The notes below the pieces were generated by a model that saw only the letters and a list, made by a program, of their open reading frames with translations, searched no databases and had not been told where the DNA came from. The position numbers were made by a program, and so were the translations under genes. From an uncultured Nitrososphaerales archaeon (GTDB lineage: Archaea > Thermoproteota > Nitrososphaeria > Nitrososphaerales > Nitrososphaeraceae), in contig CAWJCY010000009.1 in the NCBI GenBank assembly GCA_963841565.1, positions 20,443-84,442 on the forward strand: 64,000 nt of DNA, written 5' to 3'. Below are positions 54,404 through 64,000 of this stretch, piece after piece (the first letter of the stretch is position 1; the number at the start of each line of letters is the position of its first letter).

Positions 54404-54934
54404 TTAACGGACACCGAATCAGAATCCATAAAAAAGAAGCTGGACCTTGTAAAATTGCCTGGCGAAGGTGGATTTTATAGAGAAACTTACAGATCTAAAT
54501 TTTCCACCACTCACACATCTTCTCGAAAAAACAAAAATAAGGTATCACTAGATAATACGCGCTCCACGGTAACTTTGATCTACTACTTGTTAGACGGAAG
54601 AGGTCACTTTTCTGCCTTTCATAGGCTTAATTCCGACGAAATTTGGCACTTTTATAGGGGAAGCCCAGTAACGATCTACGTCATTGACAACAAAGGTAAT
54701 TTGACGCAAATTAGGCTTGGAAATGATATAAGTCATGGAGAACAATGCCATGTCGTCATCAGAGCCGGTTTGTGGTTCGGAGCCAGGGTTGACGATAGCA
54801 CATCGTTCGCGCTTATTGGATGTACGGTTACCCCAGGCTTTGACTACAAAGATTTTGAGCTTGGGACAAGAAGTAAATTGATTCGGATGTTCCCAAAGCA
54901 TGAAGCAACAATATTGAGTTTGACATACGAATAA
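54404..54934 (+). CDS. Cupin_5 (DUF985) protein; start uncertain
   Basis: KKLDLVKLPGEGGFYRETY, IYYLL, FHRL.SDEIWHFY.G, CTVTPGF. Confidence 0.88.
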   Translation, partial: LTDTESESIKKKLDLVKLPGEGGFYRETYRSKFSTTHTSSRKNKNKVSLDNTRSTVTLIYYLLDGRGHFSAFHRLNSDEIWHFYRGSPVTIYVIDNKGNLTQIRLGNDISHGEQCHVVIRAGLWFGARVDDSTSFALIGCTVTPGFDYKDFELGTRSKLIRMFPKHEATILSLTYE

Positions 54935-55057
54935 TTCTTTGAAAAACTGGGGGGCAGTGGATAGAAACTCTATGAAGCACAACGCACTCTGCATTCATCC
55001 AACCACAACAATTTAAGATCGATCCTGCAATTATAAGGAGTATGGTGAAGAACAAAT

Positions 55058-55276
55058 ATGGTTAGACTGGTCCAGACCGATAGAGTAAAAGAACTTCTCA
55101 TACTGGAAGTGCGCAAGAGCGAAATTGAGGACATTCTGAGTTCTATCGATGCGATGACTGAACGGCAACAAAGATTCCTCCTAGAGAATCTTCCTGCGAC
55201 TGAGGAGGATAGAAGAAGGGTCGATAAATTTAAGCACCTAAGAGAAGATTTTAGGAAATTGTTGCAGAGCCCATAA
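55058..55276 (+). CDS. Small helical hypothetical protein
   Basis: 72-aa ORF with charged helical pattern; TTATAAG upstream. Confidence 0.7.
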   Translation: MVRLVQTDRVKELLILEVRKSEIEDILSSIDAMTERQQRFLLENLPATEEDRRRVDKFKHLREDFRKLLQSP

Positions 55277-55739
55277 CTTGAGACGATGACGACCTACATC
55301 GTTTAGCGGCGCTTTAGTTGGTAGAAGTATTTTAAAGATGAAAAGGGATAATCGATTATGAAATGAGACTAGTTCCCAAAGTATCTTAGACTTCTTCATC
55401 GTAGCACCAATTATCTAAACATGTGTTGAAGCAAATACGGGTATAACCTAACTCTGGGCGCTTTTTCACATGCCAAGTCCTACTAAAGATGATTTATTCT
55501 AAATTCATGGTTACGCGGCCGGGTATTTGTTTTTTGGAGAGCCGACTGTAATATTGTCGCAGTTTATGAATTAGGGGAAGGTTAGCCACCCCTAGATGCC
55601 TATTCTTGATTGCTTAAAAACACGTAGTTATTGCGTTTGATCTAATTGTCCTACTTAAGACCCTACGACACGCTCACATGCTGGATTGTCAATGCAATAC
55701 ATTTGCAGTGATTAATGGTAATGCATTGACGACTAGTTA

Positions 55740-55937
55740 TTATTGTATTGTACGTTTCATACGTAATTTTTCCTTACCCTTTCTATTGTTGGGTGACGTT
55801 CTTAGAGGGCACTTACAGCATGGACAGATGTATCCGTCATGAAATAAATACACTTCACATCTACTGCAATATTTTATCCCAAGACTATAACTTCCAATAC
55901 TTGAACCCATTCTTGTACAGATGTTGCGACAAGGCAA
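55740..55937 (-). CDS. Cys-rich thaumarchaeal small protein, paralog of 44348-44605
   Basis: CRNIC...YCSRCE...CPCCKCPLR.SP. Confidence 0.8.
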   Translation of the reverse strand: MPCRNICTRMGSSIGSYSLGIKYCSRCEVYLFHDGYICPCCKCPLRTSPNNRKGKEKLRMKRTIQ

Positions 55938-56203
55938 AATGAAACATAATAAATAACAATTTGAATATCCTAAAAGTATTGTAATACCTCGCTGTGAGGG
56001 GGAGTATCCCCATTCCTATTACCATAGATTATCCATTAAGGTTATGCATGAACTAATGTCTGAGTTAGATGCGGTTTGTTTAAATGATAATGAGAAAAAT
56101 CTGCTGGTACTCCATTATCTTAATTTAAGTAAATTAACTGCAAATTAGCATCTCAAATTAACTAGATACAGTCGAAAACAAGATCCTAGTATAATTGTAC
56201 GCC

Positions 56204-56884
56204 TCATCTCTTATCGTCGTGAGGGATGCCTTTCAACTTAGTCTTGCGCTTTTGCCATATGATGAGGGCAAGGATAGATGGGACAATAATGACAATTGAA
56301 GGCACAAGAATATAACCCATCATATCAGAGGTACCCCATAAGCCAAAAATAGTGGACTTCACTTCAATTGGGAAAGTAAAGGAAACTTGACGACCGGTAA
56401 AATAAATATCATAGATGTCCACAACCAAACTGTAAATACCAGGCTTTTCGAATTTGTACTGATAAGTATAATGCCCGTATGGAACAGCTATTGGTCGATT
56501 CAAACCCGACAATACACTTTCATCACCTTTGATTGTTATATCTACCGGAATTCCACTTATGTCATCGCCGTTAATGGCGGCTATGGCCATAAGAATCTTA
56601 ACAGTTGCACCCGTGTGTGGCTGCGGGGGATCGGTTTTCACACTAACATCATAATTTCCTATTCTTTGTTGTAAACCTCCCATAGGCATATCTGCGTTAG
56701 AATCAGAAGGTGAGAATAAAAGGATCAATAATCCAGATACAATTCCTACGGTACAAGTCCTTGCAAGCTCTTTGTGGTCACAATGAATATGGTAATTATG
56801 ATGAGGAGAATTAAGCCAACTCCAGGCACGCAAAGAAATGCTAATGGTCAAAAAATCCACAATAACCGGTTTACAATTCCCCAT
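56204..56884 (-). CDS. Secreted Ig/FixH-like protein with C-terminal TM anchor
   Basis: Hydrophobic leader, TDPPQPHTG, HYTYQYKFEKPGIYSL, TM helix and basic tail. Confidence 0.7.
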   Translation of the reverse strand: MGNCKPVIVDFLTISISLRAWSWLNSPHHNYHIHCDHKELARTCTVGIVSGLLILLFSPSDSNADMPMGGLQQRIGNYDVSVKTDPPQPHTGATVKILMAIAAINGDDISGIPVDITIKGDESVLSGLNRPIAVPYGHYTYQYKFEKPGIYSLVVDIYDIYFTGRQVSFTFPIEVKSTIFGLWGTSDMMGYILVPSIVIIVPSILALIIWQKRKTKLKGIPHDDKR

Positions 56885-57372
56885 AAGACTTTCAATAACT
56901 CTACCTTAAACCGTATATTTTCCTTGTCCTTAAACACGCCTTTCTCAGTATGAAGCATCTCGGATAAAAACAAGTCTACAGAAACCTACTATCTCCGCAA
57001 CTACAGCGTCTATATTAAATCCAGTACTAAAGGCCGCTGATTGACAATGTAACGTCCTTCTCGATTATGTTAATCCATCTAAGCAAGAGCAATTTTCAAA
57101 TCAGTGCCAAAGAGGGCATGCCAAATTGATTGACATTAAAATTCGAGCTTGCCCACCGAATGAAGTTCAATTACAGAAATTATCTAACAACTTTGGGAGA
57201 TAAGCAGCTGAATACCTAAGATCTCGAAATTGGTTCAGTTCAAGATCTTCAGTGTATTCATGAGCCTATCAAAAAATATTCGTGTGATTAGGGACGATGA
57301 ATATGACACTTCATATCCTCTATAACTAATTAAACTAACCCAATTATACTAAATCGTTGCTCCTGAAGGATC

Positions 57373-57717
57373 ATGGTCATGATATTTTCTGAAAAAACAA
57401 TGGTAGTAGTCTTCGGTTGTGTGATTACTGTTCTAGTTGGAATTAATATAATGCAATTGACAAATCCGGATCCAGTCAGAGCTGAAGACAAGAGCACCAG
57501 TATTTCATGCGACAGTATTGGAATGTGTGAGAAAACTGAATGTGTCGATGGGGTCTGCGATACCAGTCCGACAAATTCTTCAAGTATTATCGATAGCCCA
57601 TCGTCAACGTTGTCAAGAGCAAACGACAAAGATTCTCAGAGTGCGGATAACACAACTAGCACTTCCTTGACACCACATGATCAACGAATGGTTCTACGTG
57701 AAAGTTTGAAGAGATAG
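57373..57717 (+). CDS. Small secreted protein with a 4-Cys motif
   Basis: Signal peptide; ISCDSIGMCEKTECVDGVC; S/T-rich tail. Confidence 0.7.
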   Translation: MVMIFSEKTMVVVFGCVITVLVGINIMQLTNPDPVRAEDKSTSISCDSIGMCEKTECVDGVCDTSPTNSSSIIDSPSSTLSRANDKDSQSADNTTSTSLTPHDQRMVLRESLKR

Positions 57718-57974
57718 AGAAGTTTTATCTCTACTTTTTATACATGATCGGAAGTCCACAATGTAAAGCAACAGAATAGCAAACAAAATGCACTGTGAGT
57801 TTTCCGGAACTCTCATTCGACTCTGTACATTGGACAAATCTAACAATCAATTCAGTGTGATGGTTCTGATGGAACAGTAAGACGTATTCTTTAGCCCAAT
57901 ACAAGAGATGTTAGGAGCTTGACTAATTACCAATAGCTGGTTAATTAGTCAATTGCTTCACATGACCTCTAAAA

Positions 57975-58980
57975 TTAATTCCCTTCTAAAACATACTTGA
58001 CAAGAGAATCAAGATTAGCAGTGGCAAGGCGAGCACACCCTGTCAGCTCCTCCATAATAGAGGAATAGCTTTCCGTCTATGACACATGCGCCAGATGGGA
58101 ATACTACGTTATTGACATCACCACTTCTCTCATATTCTCTCTCTGGTTCCAGGATGGGATGTTTACATCGACCGAGTATTCTATTAGGCTCATTCAAATC
58201 TAGGACGGCTGCACCTGTCCTATAGACCTTGGAGGTACTTACTCCATGGTATATTACTAACCAACCTCGCCTAGTTCTAATGGGGGGTGGGCCAGCTCCG
58301 ACCTTTGCAGCTTCCCAATCCTGTTCAGGTCTTAAAAGTATTGAATACTTCTGGAAATTTGTTAGGTCAAAGCTCTCAGCCAACCAAATACTTGGTTTGT
58401 CCACACCATATGACGGGCCAATCCAGGAACTGGGTCTATGCAAGGAAAAATAACACTTCCCGTCTTGTCCGTTTGATGATTTTAGATCCCCCGATATTGG
58501 GGCCATCTTTGCTGAAAAATAAACAACATCCTTATCGTCATGCAATGTTGAGGTTATGAGTCCAAGCCGCTGAAATTCACGGTAGTCTTCCGTTGTTGCC
58601 AGTGCTGTAGAAACGGTTGGAAATTCCCTAACGTAGTTTGAAGGAACTACATATGAAAAGTAAGCTCGAGATTCCAGTTGGAACAAACGAGGATCCTCTA
58701 TGCCATATCTTTCATATTCCTCGACCGGTTCGATAGCCATACCATTATTTCTTGTAAATGTAAAGCCATCACTACTGGAAGCATATCCTATCCTTGAAAC
58801 ATAATCCTTGTATTCTCCAACTGCGCGATAAAGCAAATGGACCTTCTGACCGTCGTATAATGATGCACAGTTAAACACAGATTTTGATTCCCACCAATTC
58901 TTTTCATTGGGAGTTAGGATGGGATTGCCATCGTACCTTTCAAGGATCATGTCTGCTGAGCTCACCGCGTACTCGTTCAT
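57975..58980 (-). CDS. Glycoside hydrolase family 130 (glycosidase/phosphorylase-like); frameshift near the C-terminus
   Basis: NPILTP, VFN, EDPR, DKD, KVGAGPPPI, YHGV, NVVFPSG, YYGGAD; true end LATANLDSLVKYVLEGN* in the shifted frame. Confidence 0.88.
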
Positions 58981-59227
58981 AAGGTCTACGCCAGTAATTT
59001 ATAATGTTATACCACCAAAGATTGGGTAGTTTGATTTTAAGATTTGTCATAGGTGGATGTTACTGATTAAATACGTTTAATCTTTCTTAAAGTGTCACAG
59101 TCAACCTGAGCTGCACTTCGGTCAATTATTCTATAGTAAGATTGTTTACTCTTATTTATCTATACAACAGATCACAAACACGTAATAGCACAATAGAATT
59201 AGGTCACCTTATAGCAACAGAAAAAAC

Positions 59228-59872
59228 ATGATTCCTCCATATCCATATACTAATCAGGAATTGGCGGTTGTAAGTGAACAAGATAATATCATAGGTTCTG
59301 CGTTGCCTGACGTCGTCTATTCTCGGGGTTTAATCCATAGGTTCGCTTCAGTCTTCATACTTGATGGCCAGAATCGACTTTTATTGCAAAAACGAGCCTC
59401 TCACAAAAGAAGACATGGTGGCCTTTTTTCCGAATCAGTCAGCGCCCAAGTAGAGTTTAACGAGAGCTATCTTCAGGCAGCGTCTCGACGAATTCAGGAA
59501 GAGCTGGGACTTACGAATCACTCCGACCCTCTCTTAGAAATATGTAAGATGTACATGGATGTAAAGGAGGAGTACGATGATAACAATGATAACTACACGT
59601 ACCTAAATAATGGTGGTTATGGTCGAAATAATGTCAGCAATCGCTGGAAAAAGACAGCATTTGTTACAATCTACAAGTTATACTTGCATGATGATGAAAC
59701 AATAAAGCATATCTCAATCAATCCCTCTGAAATATCTAACATATATCTATTAGATTTGGACCGGGTAACAGAATTTTATAACGCCAGCCCAAGTCTCTTC
59801 GTACCAGGTTTCGGATTTACGTTAAAGGCATTTCTAGAAAACGAGAACTCCACAGGTCAAATTCGTAGATAG
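59228..59872 (+). CDS. NUDIX / IDI-1-like fold protein with degenerate motif
   Basis: IHRFASVFILD..RLLLQKRA...ESYLQAASRRIQEELG. Confidence 0.75.
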   Translation: MIPPYPYTNQELAVVSEQDNIIGSALPDVVYSRGLIHRFASVFILDGQNRLLLQKRASHKRRHGGLFSESVSAQVEFNESYLQAASRRIQEELGLTNHSDPLLEICKMYMDVKEEYDDNNDNYTYLNNGGYGRNNVSNRWKKTAFVTIYKLYLHDDETIKHISINPSEISNIYLLDLDRVTEFYNASPSLFVPGFGFTLKAFLENENSTGQIRR

Positions 59873-60083
59873 GTAGAGGGTAAATTCTTATAGGATTCGA
59901 CACATTCAGGATGCCTCACTGGGAGTCCTGAATCTTGTCTTCTCATAGCTAGTAATTAGACAATGACCAAAGCATAATATAGACCGATATCATTGGAGAT
60001 TCCAATGTCGCATGTTCACTTGCCAAAAGATATAAAATGCAACAACGAGCAGCTGTGGTGTCGGAATACATAGTTTGATTAAA

Positions 60084-61490
60084 ATGAAAGTAAGAACCAT
60101 AAATCCGGCAACTGAAGAAATTCTAAGAGAATACGATATACTCTCCGAAGAACATCTTTTGCAGATGACGAAGAAGGCTGAAGAAGCTTTCAAAACAGAA
60201 TGGAGACTGGTAGGGAACAATAATGGGAATAGGAGGGCCGATTACTTGTATGGCGTTGCTAGCCAACTAAGGAAGGAAAAGGAAAAACTCGCTACGATAG
60301 CTACCAATGAAATGGGTAAAGCGATTAAAGAGTCCAGGTCAGAGGTAGAAAAGTGTGCTTGGGCGATAGAATATTTTGCAGATCATGGGGATATATTTAC
60401 AACGGATGAGGTCATTAATACAGATGCTAGAAAGAGTTTTGTTACTTTTGAACCCTTGGGCGTTATCGCAAGCATAATGCCATGGAACTTTCCATACTGG
60501 CAGGCCCTGAGATTCGCGGCTCCTTCTCTTATGGCCGGCAATACAATTATACTAAAGCCAGCAAGTGCTACGATGCAGTGCGGAATAGAAATTGAAAGAA
60601 TTTTTGAGGAAGTAGGGTTACCAAAAGGAGTATTTCAGACGGCAGTAGGCGACTCCAGGGTTGCAGAATACCTGATAGAGTCCGAGAGTACCACCGCCGT
60701 TACCTTCACCGGGAGCGTTCCTGTTGGTTCCAAAGTGGCACAAAGGGCTACTGCCCACCTCAAGAAGACGGTTCTGGAATTAGGAGGGAGTGACCCTTTC
60801 ATAGTTTGTGAGGATGCTGACATAGAAAAAGCCTCTACGGGAGCAGTCAAGGGTCGCTTTATCAATTGTGGACAGAGTTGCATAGCTTCAAAGCGATTCA
60901 TCGTTGTCGATAAGATTGCAGATGAGTTCGTAGAGCTGTTTGTACAAAAAACAGAAAAACTAAGAGTTGGAGATCCATTATCTGAGGATACAGATGTAGG
61001 ACCACTCGTAAATCATTCAGGGCTAGAAGCCATAGAGGGGATGGTCAAAAGGGCGATTAGTCAAGGAGCAGAGTTACTTGCCGGAGGAATGAGATTGAAA
61101 AGTAAGGGGTATTATTACAGTCCAACAGTACTTGGGAAAATTCATCACGGTATGGAAATCGCACAGGAGGAATCCTTTGGGCCTGTTGCACCGATACTAA
61201 TTGCTGAAGATGAAAAAGCTGCGATTAAGATCGCAAACGATTCCAAATTTGGTCTAGGCGCAAGTATATGGACACAAAACTTGGACAAAGCTGAAAGACT
61301 CTCTAGGATGGTAGAAACAGGCATCGTGACTGTGAATAATGTAGTGCTCTCTGATCCAAGGGTTCCTTTCGGTGGCATTAAGAATAGTGGATTTGGGCGA
61401 GAGCTATCAAAATATGGTATGCTTGAGTTCGTAAATATAAAATCTGTACGGTTCTATGACCAGCTCGCTAAGACTCATCATGTAGAGTAA
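60084..61490 (+). CDS. NAD(P)-dependent aldehyde dehydrogenase, succinate-semialdehyde dehydrogenase-like
   Basis: MPWNFP, FTGS, LELGGSDP, GQSCIA, EESFGP, PFGGIKNSGFGRE. Confidence 0.92.
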   Translation: MKVRTINPATEEILREYDILSEEHLLQMTKKAEEAFKTEWRLVGNNNGNRRADYLYGVASQLRKEKEKLATIATNEMGKAIKESRSEVEKCAWAIEYFADHGDIFTTDEVINTDARKSFVTFEPLGVIASIMPWNFPYWQALRFAAPSLMAGNTIILKPASATMQCGIEIERIFEEVGLPKGVFQTAVGDSRVAEYLIESESTTAVTFTGSVPVGSKVAQRATAHLKKTVLELGGSDPFIVCEDADIEKASTGAVKGRFINCGQSCIASKRFIVVDKIADEFVELFVQKTEKLRVGDPLSEDTDVGPLVNHSGLEAIEGMVKRAISQGAELLAGGMRLKSKGYYYSPTVLGKIHHGMEIAQEESFGPVAPILIAEDEKAAIKIANDSKFGLGASIWTQNLDKAERLSRMVETGIVTVNNVVLSDPRVPFGGIKNSGFGRELSKYGMLEFVNIKSVRFYDQLAKTHHVE

Positions 61491-61893
61491 GAATTAGAAT
61501 CATTTACAGATCTGGATTACACTTAGAATGCGTTTGCAGCGTAGATCAAAATCCTAACAATTAACAAAGTTTTCTACCCTATTTCCTGTTCAGGCTGAGG
61601 CAAAGAAACGAACTACCATATACTATGGCATCAAGCCATTTCTCGTAAAACTGTTGCAGTATTACAGACTAAACTATGAGAAGTAAATGCAGCTACAAAC
61701 GATCACCATCACAAGATGCATTATATTTTATAGAAAGGTACAATGATGATCATCAATAAGACGCCTTATGAGACGAATAGCGTGCAAGCTGGGAAGAACT
61801 AACATTGTGATAATAATCTAACCACACAGTTCTTCCATTCTTAGAAATACAACAAGGTTTATCAGACCTGTGATTTAGAAATAGCTTTAGAAA

Positions 61894-62343
61894 TTGTCGT
61901 TGAGTATTGACGAAATAGACTCCAAGATCTTGAAAAGTGTCTTAGTTGATGCAAGGCTTTCGTACAGAAAAATAGCCGATCAAATAGGAGTTTCAGCTCC
62001 GACTGTACTTTCCAGAATAAACAAACTTCAGTATCATAGAATAATAAAATCCTATTCTGCTATTGTAGATCATGAAAAATTGGGCTATGATTTGACAGCG
62101 ATAATAGAGGTCATTGCTCAGAAAGGAAAGATTGTTGAAGTTGAACGTGCTATGTCTAAATTTCCTAACGTATGTGCTGTTTATGACATAACAGGACTCA
62201 CTGATATGGTAATTATAGCCAAATTCCGAAATCGTAGGGACCTTAGCAACTTTGTCAAAAGAGATCTTGCTCTTCCTTCGATTGAAAGAACGAATAGTCA
62301 CATGGTACTTGTTACTGTGAAAGAGAATTTCAGTTTTTTCTAA
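61894..62343 (+). CDS. Lrp/AsnC family transcriptional regulator
   Basis: IDEIDSKIL..DARLSYRKIA..GVS..TV..RI, VYDITGLTD. Confidence 0.92.
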   Translation: MSLSIDEIDSKILKSVLVDARLSYRKIADQIGVSAPTVLSRINKLQYHRIIKSYSAIVDHEKLGYDLTAIIEVIAQKGKIVEVERAMSKFPNVCAVYDITGLTDMVIIAKFRNRRDLSNFVKRDLALPSIERTNSHMVLVTVKENFSFF

Positions 62344-62706
62344 CGGAATGGGAGATATTGTCAATCTGGACTTGGAAGTAATTTCCAGATATGACTGCAG
62401 ATACCGAATTTACTCATTTATTAGCCGTACTCATTTAGTAGAAAGAGTTTCTGGTTTGCCAATTCAAGTCGTATGGGTAGAATGTACGGCGTTCACTAAT
62501 ATGAAGACAGGCAAGTGAGAGTTTGAAAGAACAACTTATAATTGAGATCCCCGCGCCATTGTTCCTTTGTCATCGACATCACTTTACAATCACATTTTTG
62601 AATTCACACTCTTTAGACAGCGAGCTAGGAAAACAACTGGTGCTAATGTAAGCTCAAATAGTGAGTACAACCAAAGAATAAAATTGATAGGTGATTAATA
62701 GAGCTC

Positions 62707-62828
62707 GCCGGGGTACCCAAGCTAGGTAAGTCGTCGACCCTAAAAGGGGTCAGCCTCGAGATCTAAGGCTTACATGTAAGCTGATGTCCGTCCAGGACTC
62801 GTGGGTTCGAGTCCCACTCCCGGCGCCA
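62707..62828 (+). tRNA. tRNA-Ser(CGA) with two introns (D-arm 62729-62744; canonical 37/38 62761-62778) and encoded CCA
   Basis: Acceptor GCCGGGG/TCCCGGC, discriminator G, CCA; anticodon stem TCAGC/GCTGA with CGA at 62757-62759; long variable arm GTCC/GGAC; T-arm GTGGG TTCGAGT CCCAC. Confidence 0.9.
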
Positions 62829-62886
62829 GACTCGTGGTGTTAGACCCAAAGTATATAGCTCGGAAAGGCAGACAAATACACAATTA

Positions 62887-64000
62887 ATGGCCAAAACTCA
62901 GGTCCCATCCAATGAGAAGATGCAGTCATCAGAAAGGGCATCCTCACTAGGTAGTACCTATTTGACAACTGATTATTTTTTGGCCACTAACTTACCAGGG
63001 TATGTGAATAGTCTCTATAAAGAATTAACAGAAATAAGTCCAAACAATGCCAGGATTATGTGTAATTATATTGAGGCAGAAAAGGTAGAGATAAACATTA
63101 AAGAATCCACGAAGACAGACAAAATAAAGAAACTCTGTTGGTTGTCACGTTATCTGAACCATAAGTCATTCAATAATATGACTAAACAGGATGTTGTCAA
63201 CTATTTGAACAGTGTTAGAAGACCTGAGTCAGAGGATCCAGGTCATAGAAGTATAGGAACTTATAATGGTATTCGAATAGTGTTGTTGAAGTTCTTCAGA
63301 TGGTTGTATAATCCAGATGAACCGGATCATCGAAAACGGGCTACATCACCATGTATGAAAGGAATTAAGGAATTACGAAGAAAGGAAAGATCCCCATACC
63401 AACCAGAGGATATGTGGAAATCCGAAGATCATGAAATATTTTTGAAATATTGTAATGTTCCCCGGGATAGATGTTGGCATGCAATGGCAAATGATACATC
63501 CGCAAGACCCCACGAACTTCTAAATTTAAAAATAAAGGATGTTATATTCAAGAAATCGAACAACGGAATTCAATACGCAGAGATACATGTTCCTGGAAAA
63601 ACGACATCCCATACATTGCCACTAATAGCAAGTATCCCATACGTCAAGGAATGGTCAAATGTACATCCTATTTGCCAACAATCCGGAAGCTCACGCTTTT
63701 CGTATCAATAAGAAGAGCAAATTTCGGGGACCCATTACAAGAGATGGAATGCTCAAACACTATCAGGAACATTACAGAGATGATTATTTCCCCAAACTAT
63801 TAGATAATCTTGCAATTGAGGCAAAAGATAAACAGATCATTAAAAAATTACTGAATAAGCCTTGGAATCTTTATGTCCAAAGACATTCCGCACTCACTGA
63901 TAAATCACAAATTCTAAAGGAATCAACTCTTCGTGACCATGCTGGCTGGAGTATGACCAGTAAGATGCCTTCCGTGTATCTGCATTATTTTGGAACAGAA
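62887..64000 (+). mobile_element. Tyrosine recombinase/integrase next to tRNA-Ser; frameshifted at about 63670-63740; runs off window
   Basis: SARPHELLNLKIKD, GKT; downstream frame WNLYVQRHSA...RDHAGWS..SKMPSVYLH. Confidence 0.85.

Noticed and set aside
55540-56015. Short GC hairpins (TAGGGG..CCCCTA; CCTC..GAGG; GGGGA..TCCCC) as an ncRNA or riboswitch
   Set aside because: Stems are only 4-6 bp and match no RNA family I recognise
167-62364. Many antisense or overlapping ORFs in the track (e.g. 9584-9952+, 27930-28433+, 46099-46506+, 49573-49944+, 61993-62364-)
   Set aside because: Shadow frames of well-supported genes on the opposite strand, with no motifs of their own
62548-62558. TCCCCGCGCCA resembling the tRNA 3' end as an att site
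   Set aside because: Only 11 bp with one mismatch, and on the wrong side of the tRNA relative to the integrase; likely chance

Overview
AT-rich archaeal chromosomal segment. Gene families, leaderless TATA-type promoters and a tRNA with a bulge-helix-bulge (BHB) intron point to a soil ammonia-oxidising archaeon (Nitrososphaeraceae-like; inferred). The left ~44 kb is mostly accessory: a broken Zn-dependent formaldehyde-dehydrogenase-like gene, a broken mycothione-reductase-like disulfide reductase, GT2/GT4 glycosyltransferases, a GCS2 ligase, a Hanks-type kinase, orphan receivers, wHTH/NikR regulators and secreted proteins. The right part holds core genes (dephospho-CoA kinase, nth, sat, cysH, CPA2 antiporter, SSADH, Lrp) and ends with a two-intron tRNA-Ser(CGA) followed by a tyrosine integrase. 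The most notable observation lies below the ORF track's size cutoff. Manual translation finds five stand-alone single C2H2 zinc-finger microproteins (38-52 aa, all C-x2-C-x12-H-x4/5-H), a CxCxCH microprotein and other very basic, very acidic or membrane microproteins, several with their own TATA boxes. Many genes, including nadE and nth, carry single-base frameshifts, so some pseudogene calls may be sequencing errors. All product calls come from motif recognition by eye; no database searches were run.
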